A DNA stretch of 64,000 nt from IMG/VR virus record IMGVR_UViG_3300022594_000001. One strand, written 5' to 3'. Numbering within the stretch: the stretch's first letter is position 1; every line of letters begins with the position of its first letter. Positions 25,213-35,300 of the stretch are shown here, in pieces. This stretch comes from a virus. Taxonomy: Duplodnaviria; Caudoviricetes. The position numbers and the translations under genes are program-made. Below the pieces are notes generated by a model. That model worked only from the letters and a program-made list of their open reading frames with translations. It was not told where the DNA came from and made no database searches.

Positions 25213-26334
25213 TTAACCAATACTTGAAGATGTTGCTGGCGGAACTGATATTGATACGTTTGATGTTGACGGACGACGTATTTGTACAAAGCTAGTAACA
25301 GTGCCTCCTACTGATTCGTCAATTCCCCAACCGCCTGGGCTAGAATCATCACGCCATTGAAGTACAAATTGCAATTGTGATGATGTTGGAGCCGAAGCAA
25401 GGATAACAAACTTGTTTGGATAATATGTTGAACCCGATACGTCTTTTTCAAAAATTTGTACTTGGGTAGATGTTAAATTTGAAAAACCATAGCTAGATCC
25501 AGTGCCGCTGGCAGCAGTTGTCGATCCGTATCCAAAAACAATAGTACCCATAGAACTTAAAATTGTTCTCCAAGTATCGTCTTTGCCGCCTGGTGCAGAA
25601 CTGCCGCCGGTTAATGAAGCACTAAATTGTATTTGAGAACCTGAATTAAAACAGTAACGTGCAGCATTTGCATCAGTAAAATTAACTGTAACTGTTTGTT
25701 GAACTATACCGTTCCAACCCGGTGCTCGAGTTTGTTGAGTAACTAAATTATCTACAGAAACTTCACCGCTTGGAGGTACTGCTAATCGATTAGTTGTAAT
25801 AGTATCAGCTAGTGCATTATAAGCAGAACGATCAGATTCTGTAATTGTAATGCCGCCGAATCGACAAGTCATTGATCCGGATGCCGTTGTTAATGCAAAT
25901 ACTGCTCCGCCTTTACTTGCACTAATAGTAAATTGCGAACTTGTATCAACTGTAAGTACGTAGTAGGTTGTTCCTGCAACAATTCCGCCAAATGTAGTTC
26001 CACTAAATGTAATAGCTAATCCAACTGCTAGTCTAGCAGTGTTAGAAGTTGTTAATCTATTTGTTGCAACATCAGATGCAGTTACGGTAATACTAATTGC
26101 AGGATCAGTTAATAAACTTGATTGATCGCCACCAATTTGATGTTGACGAGCACGTAGTAAGTCTGAACGCAAATTTGCCCATTGTGTCATGGAAATTTTT
26201 GCATTTGCCGATACGGAAGAACTTGCTACGCTTTGCCCGTAACCGTAATCTCCAGAGCCAGATCCTAATACTAATGCAATTTTTCCTTGAATAGTATTAT
26301 AATCCGCTGCTGCAATTTTTGATCCTACTGCCAT
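25213..26334 (-). CDS. Virion structural / tail-fibre-like protein
   Basis: 373 aa, Ser/Thr/Gly/Ala-rich beta composition; ATAAATA promoter upstream. Confidence 0.65.
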   Translation of the reverse strand: MAVGSKIAAADYNTIQGKIALVLGSGSGDYGYGQSVASSSVSANAKISMTQWANLRSDLLRARQHQIGGDQSSLLTDPAISITVTASDVATNRLTTSNTARLAVGLAITFSGTTFGGIVAGTTYYVLTVDTSSQFTISASKGGAVFALTTASGSMTCRFGGITITESDRSAYNALADTITTNRLAVPPSGEVSVDNLVTQQTRAPGWNGIVQQTVTVNFTDANAARYCFNSGSQIQFSASLTGGSSAPGGKDDTWRTILSSMGTIVFGYGSTTAASGTGSSYGFSNLTSTQVQIFEKDVSGSTYYPNKFVILASAPTSSQLQFVLQWRDDSSPGGWGIDESVGGTVTSFVQIRRPSTSNVSISVPPATSSSIG

Positions 26335-26359
26335 AAGTTATCCTTTTATCTACGTAGAT

Positions 26360-26366
26360 TATTTAT
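26360..26366 (-). promoter_or_regulatory. Late promoter ATAAATA
   Basis: tatttat on + strand, 26 nt upstream of ATG 26334. Confidence 0.65.
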
Positions 26367-26368
26367 TT

Positions 26369-27892
26369 TTAAAGGATCAAGCATTCTACTAATCTGACTT
26401 CAATGTCATTGCTAGTTTCTAAAGCAATTGCAAAAGTATCAGCAGTATTACCCATAGCCGCTTGTGCTGTTCCGTTTGGACCAGCAACTAATCTTTGTCC
26501 TTTAATGACTGATCCAGTAATTTTAACAGGAACACGCCCTTTTAGAGCAATATATGTTCCGCCTTCTAATTCACTGTTCATCATATACGCTGGTTTTTCT
26601 GATACTGGACCAACTGCACGGAATCCAACTGCACACGCAGTTACTTCTTTTTCTCCGCCTACCATTAGTACTGTACCAATTTCGTACTCTGCATCTGCTA
26701 AGTATTTCTCAGCTAAGTCAGCATAGTTGGCGCTTGTTGCTGTACCAACAAAATATGTACCTTTAACTGCACCAGCAGTAATTGTAGTGCCATTGATTAC
26801 TTCATCAATAGCAGTACGAGCAACAATAGTTCCAACACTTGATGCAGAACTTGCTGTTACATAATTTCCTGCTACTGCTAATGAGTCAGCTTGTGTTGCT
26901 GTACCATTAAACGAACTAGCATAAACAGTTGCAAACTTCTTAGAGGCCGAACCAATGTTACTTGGAGTAGCAGATTGTGCATCTGCACCAGGCAATACAT
27001 CATTGCCTACTAGTTGCATTGGAGTTTTTGTTACTGATGATACAGTTGTCTGGAAAACAATAGTATCGTTTAATTGGTTTTGAATTGTAGGCGTAGTGTT
27101 AGAGCTATTAAACACACGTAATTTCGGTGTTGCTCCAACAGTAAAACCAACATCGTCAAATTGTACTAATGTGTTAAAACTTGCAGAACCAGCACGAATA
27201 TAGCTACTTGCATCGTATCCGCCTAATTTGTCAGAATCTGTAGAAGTTCCATAGAATCTGTGACTATCAGTAGTATGCCCTGTTGAATTAGTGTACGCAA
27301 GTGTAATACCTTGATGGATGTCAGTAAACCCAGTAATTGGGTTTGTACCAGTGTCCAATGTAAATGTTGAATCTGGGCTTACTACAAACACTGTTTGATA
27401 TGTGCCTGCGCCTGTACCAACTCTAGCTTCAATAATAGCATGTGTTGTAGATGAACCAGATTCCTTAACACTTCGTGAAATCATTTGTGTTGTGCCAGAT
27501 CCAGCAACACCCTGAGGACCAATCAGAGTAAAATCAGTACCATTCCATGAATACAATTGCTTGTTTGCTGTGTCAAACCAGAAATCACCAACTGTTAACC
27601 CTGTAGGTTGAGTTGTTCCAATTTCAGCACCACCTGTTGTACGGAATTTACTTCCGTCATAAAATTTCAGCTTCGAATTAGTGCTATCGTACCAAATCTG
27701 TCCGCTCAAAGGCTTTGATGGGGGATTTGGATTTGAGAAATTTTCTAGTAAAAATAAGAAGTTCTCGTTTTGAATTTCTCCGTAACCAGCGTAATTTTTA
27801 CCGATTAGCTTAAGGTCAGTAGTTGTATCTACTGTACCGTCAGCAACTGTAGTTACGACTGATCCGTTATATCTATTAATGGTATATGGCAT
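26369..27892 (-). CDS. Tail-fibre/baseplate-attached protein, paralog 1
   Basis: N-terminal GKNYAGYG...ENF..LLENF module; C-terminal ANYADLAEKY...GRVPVK resembles fibre maturation domains. Confidence 0.7.
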   Translation of the reverse strand: MPYTINRYNGSVVTTVADGTVDTTTDLKLIGKNYAGYGEIQNENFLFLLENFSNPNPPSKPLSGQIWYDSTNSKLKFYDGSKFRTTGGAEIGTTQPTGLTVGDFWFDTANKQLYSWNGTDFTLIGPQGVAGSGTTQMISRSVKESGSSTTHAIIEARVGTGAGTYQTVFVVSPDSTFTLDTGTNPITGFTDIHQGITLAYTNSTGHTTDSHRFYGTSTDSDKLGGYDASSYIRAGSASFNTLVQFDDVGFTVGATPKLRVFNSSNTTPTIQNQLNDTIVFQTTVSSVTKTPMQLVGNDVLPGADAQSATPSNIGSASKKFATVYASSFNGTATQADSLAVAGNYVTASSASSVGTIVARTAIDEVINGTTITAGAVKGTYFVGTATSANYADLAEKYLADAEYEIGTVLMVGGEKEVTACAVGFRAVGPVSEKPAYMMNSELEGGTYIALKGRVPVKITGSVIKGQRLVAGPNGTAQAAMGNTADTFAIALETSNDIEVRLVECLIL

Positions 27893-27914
27893 TTCTATTA
27901 TTCCTTGGTCCTAG

Positions 27915-27921
27915 TATTTAT
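27915..27921 (-). promoter_or_regulatory. Late promoter ATAAATA
   Basis: tatttat 23 nt upstream of ATG 27892; AGGA RBS. Confidence 0.65.
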
Positions 27922-27948
27922 GCTGTTTTGGCTAGTACTAGCCGCTCC

Positions 27949-29598
27949 TTAAATATCGATTCCGCTACCCCAAACACCGCTGGATAAGGTAAACTGTTTA
28001 GCAGAAGATAAATCGATACACCAAATTCTACAAATAGCCCCGTCTTGATGCTCTGCAGGTGGATAAATCTTAGTGATAATGTTTAACGCAATTTGTGGAT
28101 TTGTCAAACTTCCCACATTAATAGAAAGCCCTAGCGGTGCTGTTTGTACAGAATATACTAGCGTTTCTAAATTTACGGCATCTGTTCCATCTATTGGAGT
28201 TGCTAAATTTGTAATCTTTTTGTTACTTACACTTACTGATCCGGACCCTTTTGGTACTAAAACTACATCACCGTTTGCAAGGCTCGGGTTCTGATAGTTA
28301 ATTGTGTTATCATTAAAGTATAAGTAATCGACAGTTAAAGAATTTAACTGCCCGATTGAATTTAACCCTAACGCACTAGTAACTGTTGTTCCTAATGCTG
28401 TTTGGCTTAGTACTGAAAATCCGTTAACATGGTACTCTTTGCCTGATGCTAAATTAAAATCTTCTGAGCTTGTCCACGCTGTTGTTGCAGAAAGCCACTC
28501 GATAGTTTTATTTCCATCAATTCCAGCTTGCAAACTAATACCGCCGCCATCTGCTGTTGTATTTGTCGGTGTATCTGTTTTTCCTAATTCAATTAACTTA
28601 TCTTCAATTTGTAAATTTGCAGTATTAATTGTTGTTAAGTTTCCTTCAACAGTTAAACTACCTCTAATTCTCGTATCGCCGTTAACATCTAATGTTGCAG
28701 TCGGTAAATCTGTGTATAATCCAATGAACTGATCTTGAGCAGTCACATGAACTGCTGGCAATAATCCACTAGCGTTTAATAAATTTATTTCAAAATTTTG
28801 ATTTGAAATATTAGAATTAATCTGGGTTATTCCAGTGTTTACGTTTACTTCAATGTTCTGATTAACACCTAATATTAGAGGTGTTGAATTTGCAATAGTA
28901 AGTGTACCAGATGTTCCAGTATTATCAATTGCCGAAACAAAACTTTCTGCACTTCTTAAAGAGCTATCGGCACCAATTAAATAAGATGCCGAAGAAACTG
29001 GAACATTGAATTTAACTCCAGTATAGCTACTTGCATTAAATCCAATTTCAATATTCCCCGAATAACCAGGAATAGGTTCCGACGGTGTAAACGCATCTTT
29101 ACTAAAAATACCCAATAAAGTTCTAGCAACATAAACTAAGACAATAGTACGAGGAATAGTATTAGTATCTAAAACATCAATTGCTTGTAAGCCACTAATG
29201 CCTTGCTGTGCCGTATATACTGGTCCGGCAAGAACGGTATCAACACCGTCATTAAAATATAATTGTTGTCTTAAACTATCGATCCAGATGTCACCTTGTA
29301 CCATTGTTGGCACTGTCGGTGACACAATTGTACCGCCGGATACTTTAAATCCGTTCCCGTCATAAACTTTTAGACGACCTTCACTTGTGTCATACCATAA
29401 TTGTCCAGTAATTCGGTGAGGAGGCTCAGATGTGTTAGCAAAATTCTCTAGCAAATGAACAAAGTTTTCATTAAATAACTCACCATACGAACTAGCATTT
29501 TTACCAACTAAAGTAAGATCCGTTGCTGTTTGATCAATAGTACCGTCAACTATTTCTGTTAAAACAGATCCATCAGTTTTGTTTATAATATAGCTCAT
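27949..29598 (-). CDS. Tail-fibre/baseplate-attached protein, paralog 2
   Basis: Same N-terminal module (VGKNASSYG...ENFVHLLENF); KITNLATPIDGTDAVN fibre repeat. Confidence 0.7.
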   Translation of the reverse strand: MSYIINKTDGSVLTEIVDGTIDQTATDLTLVGKNASSYGELFNENFVHLLENFANTSEPPHRITGQLWYDTSEGRLKVYDGNGFKVSGGTIVSPTVPTMVQGDIWIDSLRQQLYFNDGVDTVLAGPVYTAQQGISGLQAIDVLDTNTIPRTIVLVYVARTLLGIFSKDAFTPSEPIPGYSGNIEIGFNASSYTGVKFNVPVSSASYLIGADSSLRSAESFVSAIDNTGTSGTLTIANSTPLILGVNQNIEVNVNTGITQINSNISNQNFEINLLNASGLLPAVHVTAQDQFIGLYTDLPTATLDVNGDTRIRGSLTVEGNLTTINTANLQIEDKLIELGKTDTPTNTTADGGGISLQAGIDGNKTIEWLSATTAWTSSEDFNLASGKEYHVNGFSVLSQTALGTTVTSALGLNSIGQLNSLTVDYLYFNDNTINYQNPSLANGDVVLVPKGSGSVSVSNKKITNLATPIDGTDAVNLETLVYSVQTAPLGLSINVGSLTNPQIALNIITKIYPPAEHQDGAICRIWCIDLSSAKQFTLSSGVWGSGIDI

Positions 29599-31724
29599 AG
29601 ATATACACCAGTATAGATAATATAGTTAATTGTCTGATATGGGTTCATAACAGACAACGGTTGACTTGTAGTACTCGAAATAACGCCTCCGGTGTTTGGA
29701 ACTGCTAAACCAGCACTTGTTGACTGCGGTCCTGGAGGGCTAACTCCGTTTGTATCAGTTGTTAAACCTGGACGACCAATGGCAAAATAATCTGCTTGTC
29801 CTGATGACAATGTATGTTTGTGATCAGGCAAGTTGCTAACTGATAGTGTTCTAGTTTCTGAACCCGAACCAGATCCCAAAGTATCAGCAGTTACATCAGT
29901 AACACGATTAGCACTTCCGCCACCTGCATCAATTAGTACATTAGGATTATTCTTATCAGGTACTGTTGTACCGTTATCCATGTTATCGCGACCTAATGGG
30001 AATCTACCGCGCAAGTCAGGTAAGGCAAACGTATTTTTACCAGTTAATAGTACCGCTGGTCTGTAAGTGTATCCAATGATTGAGAATAAAGATGAATACG
30101 CTCCAATCTGTACCTCGCTACCGTCACACAACAAGTATCCTGTTGGGGCGCTTGAACCTGCATAAGGCATAACTGCACCAATTGGCACTGTTGGAATATT
30201 CGATACTAACGTTTGTTTAGATACTTTTCTTAAACCTACACTAGGTCTATAAATTAGTAGCTCGTCTGTATCATTAGAATCTGTAGCTTCTGTTTTATTT
30301 TGAATAAGGTCTTGACTAATAGTTGTCAAAAACGTAGCAGTACCGTTAGTAGTTTGCCCGTTAAATGCAATAGCGTTACTTGATACATCCCCTGTTAAAC
30401 TAAAAACAGTAGGACTTGCTAACTTAGCGGCAGAACCTGTGATATCACCAGCTAATGCACCAGTAAAGGATCCTGTAAAATTACCAACAAATGTTTGTGC
30501 ATAGATATTTCTAAATGTTCTTGTTGAAGAACCAATGTCATATAATGCATCAGCAGCGTCGCTTCCCGGAAGAATAACACTGCCGCCGACTGGGTTTTCT
30601 TGACTGTCTAAATTATTTAAATTAATCGGACCGTAACTAGAAATATTGCCACCAACTGTTAAGTTTTTAGCAATGCTTACACCACCGTCAGCAATAAGAC
30701 TGCCAACTCCGATATCAGTTGAATCAGTAGTGTTAGAAATTGTTACTACGCCCGAAACTAACGCTGTTCCTAGTACATCTAATGTAGCTTGAGGGTTTGT
30801 GTTGTTTGGGCCAACACCAACTCTGTTTCTTGAATCAACGTGCAGAACTGTATTTGTGCCACTAGATGAATTAAGTTTTAAATCAATACTTGCACCACTA
30901 GTTTTGTTGTACAATACTGTACCAGAAGTATCTGTGCTTAGGTTAAAACTCAAATCACTACCGATTGTAAGTCCACTATTGTTTCTAATATTAAAAGAAT
31001 AACCTGTAGTACTAGATTGATCGCTTCTTAAAAAATTACTAGCCGATATAACAGAGCCGTTTACATTTAATGCATCAGCTGTACTTGCTGCACCCCAAAA
31101 CTTTGTTGGTGCTGTAGAACTTGCTGCATCAGTAGAGCTTAGATTGACACCTTGTCCAATTGTAGAAAAACCAGAAATTGTCTGTTTAGGTGTAAATGAT
31201 TCTTTACTAATAATCAACATTCTGTTGCTATTAGCATACATAGTAACTACACTATGATCAACGTTTGCCGTGTCGGCTAAAATTTCAACTACTGGTCCGG
31301 ATTGTGTACCAGCACTATACTGAGGTCCAATTAGCAGCCAGTTAGATCCGGAGAACATATAAAGCTGTTGGTTGTTTGTATCAACCCATAAGTCGCCTTT
31401 AATACTGCTGGATACATCGGGTGCAGTTGTTGCTTTTTTAACGCTGCCTGCCGCACTCCAGCTAGTACCGTCATAAACTTTTAATAAATTGATACCGGCA
31501 TTATTATCAAACCATAATTGTCCTTGAACTGGGTTTGACGGTGCGGTTGGTGCTGCAAAATTTTCTAATAAATGTAAAAAATTTCCAGCAATTACTGGAC
31601 CATACCCTGCATAATTTTTACCAGGATATTGTAAAGACGTTTGAGAATTAAGCTGTCCGTCGTTGACAGTAATCGGTGGTTTTGCAGGGTTAGAGGTTTC
31701 TGTATATGTAACTTGATAAGTCAT
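29595..31724 (-). CDS. Tail-fibre protein with tail collar domain, paralog 3
   Basis: Same N-terminal module; PIGAVMPYAG..APTGYLLCDG...FALPDLRGRF collar domain. Confidence 0.8.
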   Translation of the reverse strand: MTYQVTYTETSNPAKPPITVNDGQLNSQTSLQYPGKNYAGYGPVIAGNFLHLLENFAAPTAPSNPVQGQLWFDNNAGINLLKVYDGTSWSAAGSVKKATTAPDVSSSIKGDLWVDTNNQQLYMFSGSNWLLIGPQYSAGTQSGPVVEILADTANVDHSVVTMYANSNRMLIISKESFTPKQTISGFSTIGQGVNLSSTDAASSTAPTKFWGAASTADALNVNGSVISASNFLRSDQSSTTGYSFNIRNNSGLTIGSDLSFNLSTDTSGTVLYNKTSGASIDLKLNSSSGTNTVLHVDSRNRVGVGPNNTNPQATLDVLGTALVSGVVTISNTTDSTDIGVGSLIADGGVSIAKNLTVGGNISSYGPINLNNLDSQENPVGGSVILPGSDAADALYDIGSSTRTFRNIYAQTFVGNFTGSFTGALAGDITGSAAKLASPTVFSLTGDVSSNAIAFNGQTTNGTATFLTTISQDLIQNKTEATDSNDTDELLIYRPSVGLRKVSKQTLVSNIPTVPIGAVMPYAGSSAPTGYLLCDGSEVQIGAYSSLFSIIGYTYRPAVLLTGKNTFALPDLRGRFPLGRDNMDNGTTVPDKNNPNVLIDAGGGSANRVTDVTADTLGSGSGSETRTLSVSNLPDHKHTLSSGQADYFAIGRPGLTTDTNGVSPPGPQSTSAGLAVPNTGGVISSTTSQPLSVMNPYQTINYIIYTGVYL

Positions 31725-31739
31725 TTATTTCGCTCCTGC

Positions 31740-32345
31740 TTAACCTGTTAGACTCTGAATACGAACCGTATAATCAATTTGAATTAAACGGTTTAATGAT
31801 TTTTGTACTGGATGGAAAACAACGTGTGTTAAAAGCATTCCTGTTCCATCCGGATTGTACGATTTAAGCCCTAACTCATCAAACACATATGCGCTTTCAT
31901 TATTAGTTGTAGTATCGTATGCCTGCTGCCCGCCCGGCTCGCCGTAATCTAGCAAACAGGTAATAAACACATCTGTGTAATTTGTTCCAGTTACGTGACG
32001 TGTTTCAATAAAATTGCGTGTTGGGTCTGTATTATTACTAGACTTATCGTCGACTACTTTAGTGTAAGTTTCGTTATACAAGCTAGCATTTGAACCAGAA
32101 CTGTTTGGTGTTAAGTATGTAATGATTCCAGTTGGGTCAACTGCTGTACCGCCGTTGCCAAACGCCATTTGATAGATAAAACCCTGGCCACTATCGGCAA
32201 TACTTTTAGCGAGTGCAATACTCATATTTTCGTAGTGAATGGCGTTACCTTTGTCCTGAAGCACTATAATATTATCAGGCTCAGTTACATCGGTAATTTT
32301 AATGTGGCCTCGAATAGCCAGTCCTGTCATGTCGTTACACTGCAT
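31740..32345 (-). CDS. Probable virion structural protein
   Basis: 201 aa with late promoter upstream; FDELGL, HVVFHPVQKS. Confidence 0.6.
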   Translation of the reverse strand: MQCNDMTGLAIRGHIKITDVTEPDNIIVLQDKGNAIHYENMSIALAKSIADSGQGFIYQMAFGNGGTAVDPTGIITYLTPNSSGSNASLYNETYTKVVDDKSSNNTDPTRNFIETRHVTGTNYTDVFITCLLDYGEPGGQQAYDTTTNNESAYVFDELGLKSYNPDGTGMLLTHVVFHPVQKSLNRLIQIDYTVRIQSLTG

Positions 32346-32365
32346 AGTAATCTCTCTTTATCTTA

Positions 32366-32372
32366 TATTTAT
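32366..32372 (-). promoter_or_regulatory. Late promoter GATAAATA
   Basis: tatttatc 21 nt upstream of ATG 32345. Confidence 0.65.
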
Positions 32373-32394
32373 CTAGTGTCATTATCTGCTATGT

Positions 32395-35300
32395 TTATAT
32401 ATTCTTGAATTCCGAGTACCAAATACCAGGCTCTGCTCGTAAGAATTGTGCAATTTTGTTACTGTCGTTTTGAATATTAACTGTAGAATCCCAATCTGTT
32501 CCTACTCGTTTTACTACTGTAATTCGTGTTCCGAACACAGGAGCATCACGTAAAGTAATTTGATTTGATATTCCATCTACTGTAAATTCTGGTGCAAACG
32601 CTTCGTCGCCTTCTGGACTATCTGGATGTAGTTGCGGATTGTAAACACTATACGCATGTTTTTTAAGTCTACGTCCGCCTGCAAATACTTCAATATCGTT
32701 AACACTTGCTGGCGTAAAATCTAATAAAACTAACTGTGTGCCATCAGAATCAATATTCTTAGTAATAGTTTCTTCAGTATAAGGTAATGTTTCGCTTACT
32801 CCAATTTCTTGGACAATCGAACCAACTTTATGTAACTCACGTACCCCTGTTCCTAACGTACCTCTACGTAATTGCCCTAGAACATTACCATTTAATGTAA
32901 AGTACTCAATTCTCTCTCCCGCTATTTCAATAATACCAGGTTTGTTATTGCTAGGGCTAGGAGGATCAAAGCTACTTGAATCAGCAACGTGAATTGTTAC
33001 ATCGGTAGGCTTTAATTCTTGTGTTAGCATAGTTTGTTTCATCTTGTTTAGACGTTTAAATATTGTTCTATTCAAGATGTCCTTAAATTGCATGTAAGCA
33101 ATGCCAGAGGTAAGAATATTAGTACCAAATGTAATGATTGTAAATTCATCATTTAAGTTAGGATCAAATGCTAATTTGATACTTTGCTTATCTTGATTTA
33201 GTTTAAAATCAATACCAGGTGTTAATAATGTTCCGTTTTTAATTACCCAGACATAGTTATCATTTAAAACTGCTCTATCCAAGTGTAATAAACCACTAGA
33301 TAGTCCTCTATATCTGTAATATTCTTCTGTCGAAGCTGTTAATGACAAATTAGAAGTAATATTAATTGCTGTTCTTTGAATATCAAGAACATCGTGCTTG
33401 TAAGAACTGATGACTTCAATTTCATCTGCTGAAGTATATACTTGACTTGTAATTAATGCAGGCGGAATACCTGGAACATATTGATATCCATCATTTTGTT
33501 TAATACTAATAATCAATTCTTTTCCAGAATATTTCTTGTAAACCGACTTATTGATTTTTACAGTAATTCCGCTTAAATCTAAAATATAATCAGTAGCTGG
33601 GCTTAACAAAATTCCATTAGCTAACACAGCGATGTCATTAGCCGACACAGTGTATGGCAAGAATTTAGTTGGGTCAACTGTATAATTTAATTTGTTGCTC
33701 TTAATTGTAAAATAACTGTTATTAGGAGCAAGTAAAATTTGCTGATTAACTCTAACAATCATATTTGATTCTAGTGGCAATGCATCACCGACAACGTTAG
33801 CTAACGTATAAGTGTCAGTTCCGTTGCCTCTAAACATTTCAGATTTAGTAATAGCAAACGATTGCTGTGTTCCGCTAACAATTACAAAAGTAATTAACGC
33901 CTGGTCCTTAGGAGCATCAATAAATCTAATTCCAATTCTATTAGTACTTTCATACGATGAATCTGTTTTAAATAAAACAACATTAGCAGGTTGTCCATCA
34001 ACATATACCATGTGTGATACTGTTTCTAACCACGGTGCTTTTGTAATAAACTCAGTAGTATTTCCGTTACCAATAAAATAATCTAAATCTAAAATATTAG
34101 ATCCGTTAAATCCTAAACTAAACACCGACAATGTAACTCCGTTAGCCGGAGGTGTTACTGTGTTAATAGTTTTATTTGTGTAATCAAATGTATAATCTAC
34201 ATCACGTTCTAAAATATAAGACTGTCTGCTAGGAATTCCATTAATGTCGACAATCTTTTCTACAGTTTTAACAATAACTGCTTGGTTGCTGTTAGGTAAT
34301 TGACTAATTCCAAACTGGGTTCTTTCACTGTCGCCCAAGTAACTATCTACTTTAATTACAGCACTACCGCTAGACGGTCTGTCATAAATTTTAATCGACA
34401 CTGCATCAGCTACTTGCCCCGGAACTACCTCTTCAGGTGCCGAACCGCTCGTAACTGTGTGGAAGCCGTCGCCATCAATTATAATCTCGTCAGCTGTTTT
34501 ACCAGTTGCTGTTGAATAGATACCGCCAACATTTGCTAGTGTTCCGCCTGTTAAGGATGTATCATAATCGTCAGTCTGTGGTGTTATACTACCATCGCTA
34601 GTACTTTGACGAATTATAAACTTATCGCCTTCATTTACCTGGAAAGTATCTGGTATTGTTATTGTACTAGATATACCGTCAGCGATATGAGGAAGCATTA
34701 TTGCATATGGATTGGTTTGATCAACTGTTCCGTAGTTTGGATCGTCAAGTCTAATTTTATTTAAGTATGCTTTAATTTCAAACTTTGCATGTTGTACTAA
34801 TGGTTCAGTTAATTGAACTAAACCATTAGTATTAATAACATAATCAGTTGGGTACAGCATTGTTCGTGTAAAGATTGCTGTTGAACCCGATGGAATAGTT
34901 CTAAATAAAATCTGATCAAGTTTAACAAGACGAGTAGAATTAATAATTTGTACAATCTTACAATTATAAGCAACACCGTTAAGCACTGACGGAATAGTTA
35001 GCACGTCACCTGCTTTTAATCCTGTAACATCGTTTAACACAATAGTATCAATACCTAAATTACTAACCTGAGAAACTGTTCTAGTAATTGTAGCAACTAC
35101 AGATAACGGAGCATTATCGTAAACACTAAATGCATACTCAGTAGTAACACCATCAGTATCTAATGTAGAGTCAACATTTAATAATGAATAATAAACATTT
35201 ATCTCAGTACCAGCTTCAGGAACATATCCTAAATCAAAAGAATGTGTATCAGCAGCAACCGTAGCAATAACATCATTGTATGATTCGTCTAAACTTGCCC

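Noticed and set aside
27930-27943. Perfect palindrome GGCTAGTACTAGCC as a terminator; also ATCTACGTAGAT at 26348-26359 and GCGTTGCAACGC at 14851-14862
   Set aside because: No U-tract on the transcribed strand and no shared consensus; could be chance or minor mRNA-end hairpins
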